A stretch of 64,000 nt of DNA from a virus, in the IMG/VR virus record IMGVR_UViG_3300020056_000007; one strand, written 5' to 3'. Made by a program: the position numbers and the translations under genes. A model generated the notes under the pieces. It saw only the letters and a list, made by a program, of their open reading frames with translations, did not search any database and was not told the origin of the DNA. Shown here piece by piece: positions 27,535-37,397 of this stretch. How positions within the stretch are numbered: the first letter of the stretch is position 1; each line of letters begins with the position of its first letter.

Positions 27535-27990
27535 ATGGCTGTGAGAGCTTTTGCTGCAGAAGATAACCCTACCGATGCTTCCTTTGTTGTTACACGGGAG
27601 AAAAAGTTTTCGGACGTTGATTTTGATTTTCGGAATATCGAAAATGATAATAATGTTCGTACTGATCTTCGCAAAGTACAGGATCTTAATTCAGTAAAAC
27701 AAGCTGTGAAAAATATCCTTTTAACAAATCAAGGTGAAAAACCTTTTATGCCAGTATTTGGTAGTCAATTAAACTATCTTTTATTTGAATTAGATACAGA
27801 ACTTGATGAAGATATAATTGAAGAAGAAATTGCGAATAGTTTAGAAATATATGAACCAAGAGCTATTTTAAGAAATGTTGAAATAGACATGAATGGTGAA
27901 CAAAACAAATGCGATGTAACCGTAGAATTTCAAGTAGTGAATACCGGTGAAATTGCACAAGTCACAGTAGATATTACGAGGATCAGATGA
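27535..27990 (+). CDS. 25: baseplate wedge subunit gp25
   Basis: SVKQAVKNILLTNQGEKPFMPVFGS...LFE...YEPR. Confidence 0.92.
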   Translation: MAVRAFAAEDNPTDASFVVTREKKFSDVDFDFRNIENDNNVRTDLRKVQDLNSVKQAVKNILLTNQGEKPFMPVFGSQLNYLLFELDTELDEDIIEEEIANSLEIYEPRAILRNVEIDMNGEQNKCDVTVEFQVVNTGEIAQVTVDITRIR

Positions 27991-29828
27991 CCACATCAAT
28001 AAAATCTTCCGATCTTGATTTTGCGAATATTAAAGCAGAATTAAAAGATTATTTAAAACAAAAGTCTGAATTTACAGACTATAATTTTGAGGGATCTGCA
28101 CTCAGTAACATTCTGGATGTATTAGCATATAATACTCATCTAAATGGATTAATTGCTAATTTCTCTACAAATGAATCTTTTCTCAATACCGCACAATTGA
28201 GAAGCTCAGTGATTTCCTTAGCTACTGCACTTGGTTATGTTCCTCGGTCAGTTACAACTAGTCAAGCTATTGTAAATTTATCGATTAATATACTTGATGC
28301 AGTGAGACCATCTTCAGTATTTATGCCAAAGAATTTTCTTTTCAACACATCGGTAGAGGGAAGATCTTATACTTTCAGAACTCTTGAGAAAATCTCAGCA
28401 AATGATAATGGTAATGGATTTTATTCTTTTACACTCTCCGATGGATCTGATCTTGTATCTCTATACGAAGGCGTGCAAAAAACGAAAACATTCTATGTCG
28501 GTGAACTTGCTGATGAACAAGTATATGTCATTCCTGATAAAACAATTGATACCGCAACTGTGGAAGTAAAAGTATATCCAACTGCTGCTTCTCCAGATGA
28601 AGATGCTGAAGCTTATACACCAATTAAAGATGCGGTGCGAATCACAGCAGATAGTACTCATTATCAAATTCGCGAGGTCCCTAACGGGACCTATGAACTA
28701 GTATTTGGCGATGGCATCGTAACAGGTAAAAGACCTGTTAGCGGTAACAAAATTATAGTAACATACTTATCATCTATAGGTGCTCCAGCAAATAATGCTA
28801 CAGTATTTACCGCAGCTTCTCAACTTTCGGTTTCTGGTTATGGTAACTACAATGTAAATGTAACAACTGTATCTGAATCGGCAGGAGGAGCTAAAAAAGA
28901 ATCTATAGATTCAATTCGACAAAACGCTCCAATCGCTTTTTCTTCTCAACAAAGATTAGTTACAGCCGAAGACTATACAGCGCAGATTTTATCTCGCTAT
29001 GGAAACGTTCTTGATGATGTTATTACATGGGGTGGTGCTGATAATGATCCTCCTAAATATGGCGTAGTTTATGTAGGACTTAAATTTAAAGCATCTACAA
29101 GTGATGTTATTAAAGCTCAAACAAAAGACGATATTGTAAATTTACTTACAACCAATTTAGGAATTATGTCTATTGGTACAGAGTTTACTGATCCAATAGA
29201 TACATTTATTGAATTAAACTGTCAATTTAGATATGATCCAGACTTATCAGCTATTACACCTAGAGCAACACAAAATGCTATTGTTCAAGCTATGAAAGAT
29301 CATTTTGTGGAAAACTTAAATAAGTTTGGTACAGTTTTTAGACGGTCAAAATTGCTTGCTGAGATTGATGACTTGGATGCCGCCATCTTAAATTCATCAA
29401 TTACTGTAAAAGTTCAGCAAAGATTTTTACCAATAACTAATAAATCTTTAGGTTATAAATTAACATTTCCAATGCAAATAGCTGCGCCAGATGATGAATT
29501 TCATAGAGTTACTTCTGCTCGTTTTTCAATAGCAGGAATTAGTTGCTTTATTAGAAATAGACTTAAAACAAATATTTTAGAGATAGTATCAGTTGGTGGT
29601 GATATTATAAAAGATAATGTTGGTTATTATGAAGAAGGTAGTGGTATAGTTCAATTAGAAGGATTTAATCCATCTACAATTGATGGTGGTGGAGAACTAA
29701 AAGTTTCAGTTGTTCCTGCCAATCAAAGTACTGTTGCACCATTACGTAATTATACTTTAAATTTTGATGAATCATTGAGTTCAGCAAGCGCTATCTTAGA
29801 CTATCAAGAATTACAGGTAACTCTCTAA
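27987..29828 (+). CDS. 6: baseplate wedge subunit gp6
   Basis: LDF..IK..LK.YL....EFTDYNFEGS.LS..LD.LAYNTH, NESFL.TAQLRSSV, QQRLVTAEDY. Confidence 0.95.
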   Translation: MTTSIKSSDLDFANIKAELKDYLKQKSEFTDYNFEGSALSNILDVLAYNTHLNGLIANFSTNESFLNTAQLRSSVISLATALGYVPRSVTTSQAIVNLSINILDAVRPSSVFMPKNFLFNTSVEGRSYTFRTLEKISANDNGNGFYSFTLSDGSDLVSLYEGVQKTKTFYVGELADEQVYVIPDKTIDTATVEVKVYPTAASPDEDAEAYTPIKDAVRITADSTHYQIREVPNGTYELVFGDGIVTGKRPVSGNKIIVTYLSSIGAPANNATVFTAASQLSVSGYGNYNVNVTTVSESAGGAKKESIDSIRQNAPIAFSSQQRLVTAEDYTAQILSRYGNVLDDVITWGGADNDPPKYGVVYVGLKFKASTSDVIKAQTKDDIVNLLTTNLGIMSIGTEFTDPIDTFIELNCQFRYDPDLSAITPRATQNAIVQAMKDHFVENLNKFGTVFRRSKLLAEIDDLDAAILNSSITVKVQQRFLPITNKSLGYKLTFPMQIAAPDDEFHRVTSARFSIAGISCFIRNRLKTNILEIVSVGGDIIKDNVGYYEEGSGIVQLEGFNPSTIDGGGELKVSVVPANQSTVAPLRNYTLNFDESLSSASAILDYQELQVTL

Positions 29829-30848
29829 ATGCCTCATACGCTTAAAAATACTGGAAGAAAAGATGAACTCTTTTTCAATCGTAAAGTTGATGAAGCTTTA
29901 CCTGAACATATAAAAGAGAATCATCCAAAAATTGTAAGCTTCTTAAATGAATATTATAATTTTTTAGATTCTGATGGTGCTAAAGCATTTCAATCTGATA
30001 TTCATAATATTCTTTCATTTAGAGATGTAGAAGAAATACCAAATGATTTATTAAATTTATTGGTATATGAAATTGGATCTAAATTAGAAAATGTAGATAA
30101 ATTTAATGATGAAAGATTTGCTTTAGGAAGACTTCCATATTTTTATAGAGATAAAGGAACATTAAAAGGTACTGAAGAATTTTTTAAATTATTTTTTGGA
30201 ACTGAAGTTGAAGTTGAATATCCGAAGAAAGATATTTTTATTGTAGGTCAAGATGAAATTGGTCCTGATTATGAAAACTATATACAAAACTATGCAAGGT
30301 ATCAAACATATTCTATTCTTTTAAAAATTGGTTTATCAGTTTCTCAGTATAGATCTCTGTATAAAAAGTTTGCACATCCAGCTGGTTGGTATTTTGAAGG
30401 ATTGGTTTCATTTGCAACTGAAGCTAATTTAAATCTATTTGCACAAGAAGCTTTGCAAGATTCAATCTTTGTATCTTCAATTACTGAAGTTTATCAACCA
30501 TTGTTCCACCAATCACGTTATACGGGTTCTGTATCAATTGGGCAGGATGATGTAAGTTATGCAGAATTTGGCGGTACTATAAAGGTAAGAGATGGCAGAA
30601 TTACTAATCAACCAGATCAAAAAGATTCAAGTGAAGATCATTATATTATGACTATTATTGATAAATATCAGAATGTCACTGCTGAGGAATTGGCAAGACA
30701 TTATGTGGTTGGAGAAATAGGTCATCCAAATTCAAGAACATTTGATGAAGACTCTTCAGCTGATCCAGTAATGAGCTTCGATAATGATAAAGAAACATTA
30801 GATGAAGATATGTTTACAAGATATGACGAACAATATCACTATAGATGA
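29829..30848 (+). CDS. baseplate wedge subunit gp7-like (short)
   Basis: FL.EYY.FL, FYRDKGT.....FFKLFFG, HPAGW; follows gp6. Confidence 0.7.
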   Translation: MPHTLKNTGRKDELFFNRKVDEALPEHIKENHPKIVSFLNEYYNFLDSDGAKAFQSDIHNILSFRDVEEIPNDLLNLLVYEIGSKLENVDKFNDERFALGRLPYFYRDKGTLKGTEEFFKLFFGTEVEVEYPKKDIFIVGQDEIGPDYENYIQNYARYQTYSILLKIGLSVSQYRSLYKKFAHPAGWYFEGLVSFATEANLNLFAQEALQDSIFVSSITEVYQPLFHQSRYTGSVSIGQDDVSYAEFGGTIKVRDGRITNQPDQKDSSEDHYIMTIIDKYQNVTAEELARHYVVGEIGHPNSRTFDEDSSADPVMSFDNDKETLDEDMFTRYDEQYHYR

Positions 30849-30857
30849 TAATTTTTA

Positions 30858-30865
30858 TATAAATA
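30858..30865 (+). promoter_or_regulatory. T4-type late promoter
   Basis: Intergenic TATAAATA. Confidence 0.8.
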
Positions 30866-30889
30866 GAATTAAATTTTCAAAGGTTTAAC

Positions 30890-31933
30890 ATGGCAAAGCA
30901 AGCAATATCACTAGGCACTGTAGCCAACGATGGAACAGGAGATACATTAAGATCTGCTGGTTCTAAAGTAAATGCTAATTTTGATGAGATTTATACACAA
31001 TTTGGAGATGGTAATGCATTAACAACTGGTTTACAATTTTCATCTAATGGTATTATTTTTGAAGGTTCAGTACCAGATAATAATGAAACTACTCTTACTG
31101 TTGAAAATCCAACAGCCGATAGAATTGCAACGCTTCCTGATCATACAGGAGCTATATTAGTTGATAGCGCAATTCAAACTATTGCAAATAAAAGAATTGT
31201 TAGACCTGAAATAGATAGTGCTCAATTAAATGGTTTATTAATAAAAGATAGAGATTCTTCTCACGATTATAATATTATTTCTGGATCATTAACTTCAAAT
31301 GTAAATGTTACTTTACCAAATATTAGTACAGATGATCAATTTACATTTAATAATGCAACTCAGCAATTAAGTAATAAGACTTTATATAGACCTAGAGTTG
31401 AGCAAATGATTTCCGATAGTGTCGGTGAACCATTGCTTGAATTTTTAAGAGTAGGCACGGCTAGTCATATTAGATTTACAAATGCAGATAATCCAGTTAT
31501 CGAAGCCCAAACTACTCTTACAAATGCTCATTTAAATATCGATGCGGCTGGAACTGGATCGGTGGAAATAAGTAAAGTGGCACATGCCACATTAGAAATT
31601 TCTACAGGTGGAGATACAGTAGGTGCACCAGTAACTTCTGGTAACAATGCCAACTTCCAACCAAGCGGACATATACGAGGAGATAAAGCTACATCACTTT
31701 ATATTCAACAACATAATGGAACAATAAATGGTGAAACCAAAGTATATACTAATGGTGGATCAGGAAATATTGAAGTTGCGTTTCCAACCGCAAATAATTT
31801 TGCACAAGGTACTTCTCTCACCATTCATCCAAATGGAGCAGCACAACTTATTTGGAGTGATGATAGATGGTTCATCATGGGTGGACTAGATAGTGACCAT
31901 AATGGAAACAGATTATTGACTATTAACGCATAG
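30890..31933 (+). CDS. gp9/gp10-like N-terminus baseplate/fibre connector
   Basis: MAKQ.I..G...NDGTGD.LR..G.K.N.NF.EIY. Confidence 0.75.
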   Translation: MAKQAISLGTVANDGTGDTLRSAGSKVNANFDEIYTQFGDGNALTTGLQFSSNGIIFEGSVPDNNETTLTVENPTADRIATLPDHTGAILVDSAIQTIANKRIVRPEIDSAQLNGLLIKDRDSSHDYNIISGSLTSNVNVTLPNISTDDQFTFNNATQQLSNKTLYRPRVEQMISDSVGEPLLEFLRVGTASHIRFTNADNPVIEAQTTLTNAHLNIDAAGTGSVEISKVAHATLEISTGGDTVGAPVTSGNNANFQPSGHIRGDKATSLYIQQHNGTINGETKVYTNGGSGNIEVAFPTANNFAQGTSLTIHPNGAAQLIWSDDRWFIMGGLDSDHNGNRLLTINA

Positions 31934-31942
31934 GATTAAAAA

Positions 31943-33400
31943 ATGCCAGCAGTATTAACAGATAAAATTAAAAGAAACATTTTGCAAGTAATGTACGATG
32001 AAGTGAATGACGTACTTGCAAATTACTTTATTTCTATTGGCCACGGTGAAGAATGGGTTACATCAGACGATACAGTTCCACCCAATACACCAATTAATTC
32101 TATTAAAGAAGAAAGAGATTTTAGACTAAGAGCGCAATCGGCAAAAAAAGTAGCAGATGTTTCTTTTGTAGTACCAAGATTTAATTGGACATCGGGTTCA
32201 ATATATTCACAATATGATGATAATAGAAGTATTACGCCTGGTATTTCAGGTGCAGCAAATATATATCCGTATTATATTTTAACAGATGAAAATCAAGTTT
32301 ATATTTGTTTGAAACAACCAAGAGATGCCAATGGTGTAGCTTTAAGATCTACAGTACAACCAACAGGAACTTCAAATAAACCAAAAAAAGAAACTGATGG
32401 ATATGTATGGAAATTTTTATATGCTATTGGTGGTGCAAAATCTTCAGCGTTTCTATCAGCAAACTTTATGCCTGTTGAATATGTTAAAACTGGACAAGCT
32501 GGATTAAACTCATTACAAGATCAACAAGCATTAATAAGAGATGCTGCTGTTCCAAAACAAGTTTTAGGTATTGAAATTATTGATCCTGGCGCAGGATATA
32601 CTAGTGCTCCTACTGTTCAAATTATAGGAAATGGGGATAGTGTTGGTAGTAATCAATATACTCCTAAAGCTACAGCAACAGCAACAATTGATCCAAGTTC
32701 TGGTGGTTTCGTTACTAAAATTGAAATTGATTCTAGTTCAAATATTGGTAGTGTTTCTGATAGTGTGTTAGAAGCTGGTCGTAATTATGATTATGCCGAT
32801 GTAATTATTTCTGGTGGAGGTGCATCAAGAGATGCTACAGCTAGAGCAGTTCTTCATGGTAACGATTCAGGTGTAGGAGCAAATCCAGTATTTGATTTAA
32901 GATCTACATCACTAATGTTTAATGTTAAAATTGAAGGTGGAGAAGCTGGCGCAGATGGATTTAGAGATTTTATAGTTGATGATAGAGATTACCGTCAAGT
33001 TGGATTATTTAAAAATCTTAGAGATTTTGATGGAAATCTATATACAGAACTTAGTGGTAGAATGATGAAATCTTTTAGAGGTGTTAGAGCAGATGTCCAA
33101 CAATTAAAAAATCTAACAGATCCAATTATTACTCAGAGCACAGGATTTACTGCTATTGTTGCAGATGTTGATAGTGATACGTGTTATTATTATCAAACGG
33201 ATTCGACTGGTTTTGTACCGATATCAAATGTTCAAATTGAAAACAGTTCTCAGAATTTTAATAATATTAGTCCTACTCATCTAATTGATAGTTCAGACAT
33301 TAATCCTTTTTCTGGAGATTTATTATACGTAGAAAGTAGACCAGCAATTAAAAGACTTGATACTGAAACAAATGACATTAAAATCATCGTAAGTTTATAG
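31943..33400 (+). CDS. 8: baseplate wedge subunit gp8
   Basis: VVPRFNWTSG..Y..YDD, VYICL, DGYVWKFLY, SGDLLYVE.R..I.R.....DIKII. Confidence 0.88.
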   Translation: MPAVLTDKIKRNILQVMYDEVNDVLANYFISIGHGEEWVTSDDTVPPNTPINSIKEERDFRLRAQSAKKVADVSFVVPRFNWTSGSIYSQYDDNRSITPGISGAANIYPYYILTDENQVYICLKQPRDANGVALRSTVQPTGTSNKPKKETDGYVWKFLYAIGGAKSSAFLSANFMPVEYVKTGQAGLNSLQDQQALIRDAAVPKQVLGIEIIDPGAGYTSAPTVQIIGNGDSVGSNQYTPKATATATIDPSSGGFVTKIEIDSSSNIGSVSDSVLEAGRNYDYADVIISGGGASRDATARAVLHGNDSGVGANPVFDLRSTSLMFNVKIEGGEAGADGFRDFIVDDRDYRQVGLFKNLRDFDGNLYTELSGRMMKSFRGVRADVQQLKNLTDPIITQSTGFTAIVADVDSDTCYYYQTDSTGFVPISNVQIENSSQNFNNISPTHLIDSSDINPFSGDLLYVESRPAIKRLDTETNDIKIIVSL

Positions 33401-33408
33401 GATAGAAT

Positions 33409-36400
33409 ATGGCACAACTCGTAAATAAAAATACTTTTTCATCAACTTATCGAGATGATTTTGCTGATAGTGATGGATACTATCGAATTCTTTTTAATAG
33501 TGGAAAGAAACTTCAAGCTCGTGAATTAACACAAATGCAAACCATTATTCAAAAGCAAATTGAAAGAATGGGAAATAATTTATTTGCAGATAATAGTGTT
33601 ATTAAACAAGCAGCAGCTCAAGTTGATAATAATTACCAGTTTATTAGATTAAATACTACTAATGAACCAATTAGTGATCCTCAAAGTTTAGTTGGTGCAA
33701 TATATACAGGAGTTACTTCTCAGGTTGTATTTAGAGTTGATGAGGTTGTAGAAGCTGGAGTTAATCCTGTAACTGATCCATTAACCTTATATGGAACATA
33801 TACTTCAACAGAAAATTCATCGCTAGCAACTGATCAACAAGCAGTTGCTCAACCTAATGAAGTAATGCAAGGAACAAACTTACCAAATATTAGAGTCGAA
33901 AATTCTGCGCAATCTACAGGATTTGGTTCTAGATTTTTATCCGATGGAGGAATTTATTATTCCAAAGGATTCTTTATATTTGCAGATAAACAAGAAAAAA
34001 TAATTTCTAAATATACAAATACTCCAACGGTGGTAGTTGGTTTTAAAAGAATTGATGAAGTTGTAACAAGTGCAGATGATACTGCTTTATTTGATAATCA
34101 AGGGGCGTCACCTAATCTTACTGCTCCTGGTGCGGATAGATTTAGAATTAGATTAGAACTATCTCTTGAAAGTGAGATGGGCCCAACAGACACATTCATT
34201 AGAAAAGCAAAAGTTGTTAATGGAAAAATCGTAGCAACTTCTCCAGTTGGAAATGAATATAACAAACCTAGAGAATTTGTAGCACAAAGAATAAAAGAAA
34301 ATTCTGGAGACTATATTGTAAAACCATTTAATTTAAGATACGCTGATGATTCAGATGATAATTTCTTACTAGCTCAAACTTCAAGTGGCGTTGCAGTAGT
34401 TAATGGTTATCGTGCTTCAGTGTATACTTCTGATACTCCTCCAAGAGTACGTAAAGCAAGATCCACTGTTAATATTGCAGATCAATTCGTACCAATTTCA
34501 TTTGGTAACTTTTTTGAATTAGATTCTGTTCCAGCACAAATGCCAGATATAACTAATTCAGTTGGATTTGAAAAACAAAATGTTAGAGATGGAGCAGATT
34601 ATGGTGGAGCTACAATTGGAACATGCTTTGTAAGATTTATTCAAGAAGACGGAGCTGGATATAGGGCTTATATAACAAACTTAGTTCTTAATTCTGGATC
34701 TGGAATTGGCGACATAGGTAGTATTGGTACTGGTGCTAATGCATATTTTAATATTAATCAAAATTCAAGAGATAACGGACCATTTAATAATAGTGGAACT
34801 TTAAATAGTTTAATTTTTCCTCTTCCAAATAGAAGACCAGAAAATATTACGAATGCTGATATAACGGTTCAAAGGCAATTTAGATTTACACCAACTGGTT
34901 CTACATTTGATATTACAACTGATAATAGTACTGAAATATTTTTAAATGAAGGTGATTGGCTTATTACCGATTTAAATGGTGATATTCCTGGCGCAACAAT
35001 TACATTACAAAACGTAGATAAGACAGCAAGAATTGGTGGGCTTTCAGCTGGAGTTTCTGTAGCTGTAACAGCATTTGTTAGAAAAAGTAATGAAACTTCT
35101 AGGTCTAAAACAAAAACTTCTGCTAATAAAGTATTTAAAGTTATAACAGACGGTGTTACAAATCAGCAATTTATTAATTTACATAAACCAGATATTATTG
35201 AAGTTACTCATATTGAAGATCCAAATGATAGTACACAGAGTTATTTAGGTAACTTTACCTTAGACGATGGTAGAAAAGATAATTTCTATGACAATGGTAG
35301 ATTGTTTTTAACTGGAGCTCTTCCACCTAATGCAACCACTACTGGATTACGCATAAGATGGGATTATTTTCAACATGAACCAGGTAAAAGCTTTTTTAGT
35401 AAAAATTCATATGATGGTGAAGTTGATTATAAAGACATTCCAACTCATACATTTCAAAATGGCGAGCAAATATTTTTAGCGGATGCTTTAGATTTTAGAC
35501 CAACTGTTGATTCAGATGGTGATTTTGAAGTGGCTAATGGTGGATCTACAAACGAAATTCCCGATCCAGCCACTGTAATCGATTTAGATGTTTCTTATTA
35601 TTTACCAAGAATTGATAAAGTTATAATTGATCAAAATGGTAAGATTAGAGTTATTCCAGGTGCGTCCTCATTTGCACCAAGTCCTCCAGAAACACCTAAA
35701 GGTACTATGGAATTATTTAAAGTTAAATATGATGCTAATACTCTCGACAATAATGATATAACTATTACTCGAATAGACCATAAAAGATATACTATGAGTC
35801 AAATTAATTTATTAGAAAAAAGACTTGGTCGATTAGAAGATGCAGTATCATTAAGTTTATTAGAAAATAAAGCAGCTGATATTGTTGAGTTTGATGCGAA
35901 TGGAGATCCTAGATTAAAAAGTGGATTTATAGTTGATAACTTTACAAGTCATGCTTTAACTGATAAAAATAATTCAAATTTAAGATCATCTATGGATTTT
36001 TCTTCTGGATTACTATTTCCTCAAAATATCGAACGGGTTATTGATTTAGAATATGATTCAGATACTAATAATCCATCTCCTGCGCTAAATGTAGCATTAA
36101 GAGGAGGATTCATTGTACCTAGATATGATACAGAATTATATATGGAAAATGAATACGCAAGTGATGCATTACAAGTAAATCCATTTCAAGTTAATAATTT
36201 CAATGGGACTATTCAGTTATCGCCATCTTCAGATAATTGGTATGAAACTCGTTTTCCTTTTGAGAAAGTAGTTAACTATCAAGGATCAGAAATTTTATCT
36301 GATGGTGCATATCAATGGAATAATCATGAATGGAATTGGCTTGGAAAAGATTTAGAATCTCTTCAAACTGGTGATAAAACTAATACTACAGCATCTACTT

Positions 36401-37389
36401 CTGGAAGAACCACTACTACTTCTTGGAATGTAGTGGAAAATATTTTTATTCAAGAAGACTTTGTTGAAAATAGATTAGTACGCACAGAATCAATTCCAAA
36501 AGTAAGAGCTAGACTAGTTAGGTTTAAAGCTACTGGATTAAGACCAAATGCTAAACACTATGCTTTCTTCGATAATGTTTCAGTGGATGCTTGGGTGAAA
36601 GAAGAAACATTTACAAGTACATGGCGTAATGATTTTGCTTATGATTCTGATTATGGTACAGAATACATTAATGCGACTGGACACCCTAGTGGAAGTCAAC
36701 AATTAACTTCCGATGAGTTCGGAGTTATTGAAGGATCATTCTTTATTCCAGCTACTTCAGCAATATCTTTCTTATGTGGAAATGTCAAGTTTGAATTAAA
36801 AGATGTAACTGGATCTGGAAATGAAAACTATTTATCACGAGCAGTTACTAATTATACCGCTGAAGGCACATTAAAACTTTATGAAGAAGTATGGACATCT
36901 ACAAGGTATATTGAAATTGAAGGTGATCAATCTGTTTATACAGCCCCAGTAGTAACTAATAATTCTGGTGGAGGAGATGATGGATATAGTGGTGGTAATG
37001 ATAATTTCAGTTCTCCGGGATTAGACGCATTTGGTGGACCAGGTCCAAATGTTGGAGATGCAAATTCATGTGGAGGTAATGACGTATGTGTAATTGCTAC
37101 ACATGCTACGCAAAATAATGTAGAAGGATTTAGCTTAATGGATAAAGCTAAAGCTGAGATTTGGTGCGAAAAGAAATATCATGGAACATGGTATGGAGAA
37201 GCATTTAGACGCGGTTATAGGTACCTTGGAAATAGAGCGATTGAACGAGGTGAAGCGCATAAACATTATCAAGAGTTTAAAGACTTTGTAGCTTATGGTA
37301 GAGGTTTAAAGAAAGGGTTAAAACCTGCATTAAACTATTACTTTAGAACAGCGCAATTCTTTGCGATTGGTTTATTTACAAATGAATAG
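33409..37389 (+). CDS. large virion structural protein (VrlC/DUF4815-like), N-terminal part
   Basis: YRDDF....YYRILF.....QARELTQMQT..Q.Q, APGADR, E.SGDY.V.PF, RYTM..I..LEKR...LE, KSGFIVDNF. Confidence 0.8.
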   Translation: MAQLVNKNTFSSTYRDDFADSDGYYRILFNSGKKLQARELTQMQTIIQKQIERMGNNLFADNSVIKQAAAQVDNNYQFIRLNTTNEPISDPQSLVGAIYTGVTSQVVFRVDEVVEAGVNPVTDPLTLYGTYTSTENSSLATDQQAVAQPNEVMQGTNLPNIRVENSAQSTGFGSRFLSDGGIYYSKGFFIFADKQEKIISKYTNTPTVVVGFKRIDEVVTSADDTALFDNQGASPNLTAPGADRFRIRLELSLESEMGPTDTFIRKAKVVNGKIVATSPVGNEYNKPREFVAQRIKENSGDYIVKPFNLRYADDSDDNFLLAQTSSGVAVVNGYRASVYTSDTPPRVRKARSTVNIADQFVPISFGNFFELDSVPAQMPDITNSVGFEKQNVRDGADYGGATIGTCFVRFIQEDGAGYRAYITNLVLNSGSGIGDIGSIGTGANAYFNINQNSRDNGPFNNSGTLNSLIFPLPNRRPENITNADITVQRQFRFTPTGSTFDITTDNSTEIFLNEGDWLITDLNGDIPGATITLQNVDKTARIGGLSAGVSVAVTAFVRKSNETSRSKTKTSANKVFKVITDGVTNQQFINLHKPDIIEVTHIEDPNDSTQSYLGNFTLDDGRKDNFYDNGRLFLTGALPPNATTTGLRIRWDYFQHEPGKSFFSKNSYDGEVDYKDIPTHTFQNGEQIFLADALDFRPTVDSDGDFEVANGGSTNEIPDPATVIDLDVSYYLPRIDKVIIDQNGKIRVIPGASSFAPSPPETPKGTMELFKVKYDANTLDNNDITITRIDHKRYTMSQINLLEKRLGRLEDAVSLSLLENKAADIVEFDANGDPRLKSGFIVDNFTSHALTDKNNSNLRSSMDFSSGLLFPQNIERVIDLEYDSDTNNPSPALNVALRGGFIVPRYDTELYMENEYASDALQVNPFQVNNFNGTIQLSPSSDNWYETRFPFEKVVNYQGSEILSDGAYQWNNHEWNWLGKDLESLQTGDKTNTTASTSGRTTTTSWNVVENIFIQEDFVENRLVRTESIPKVRARLVRFKATGLRPNAKHYAFFDNVSVDAWVKEETFTSTWRNDFAYDSDYGTEYINATGHPSGSQQLTSDEFGVIEGSFFIPATSAISFLCGNVKFELKDVTGSGNENYLSRAVTNYTAEGTLKLYEEVWTSTRYIEIEGDQSVYTAPVVTNNSGGGDDGYSGGNDNFSSPGLDAFGGPGPNVGDANSCGGNDVCVIATHATQNNVEGFSLMDKAKAEIWCEKKYHGTWYGEAFRRGYRYLGNRAIERGEAHKHYQEFKDFVAYGRGLKKGLKPALNYYFRTAQFFAIGLFTNE

Positions 37390-37397
37390 GAGCAAAA

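Noticed and set aside
37050-37389. Intein/Hint domain at the end of the VrlC-like protein
   Set aside because: No TxxH block-B or C-terminal HN motif; too short and apparently helical.
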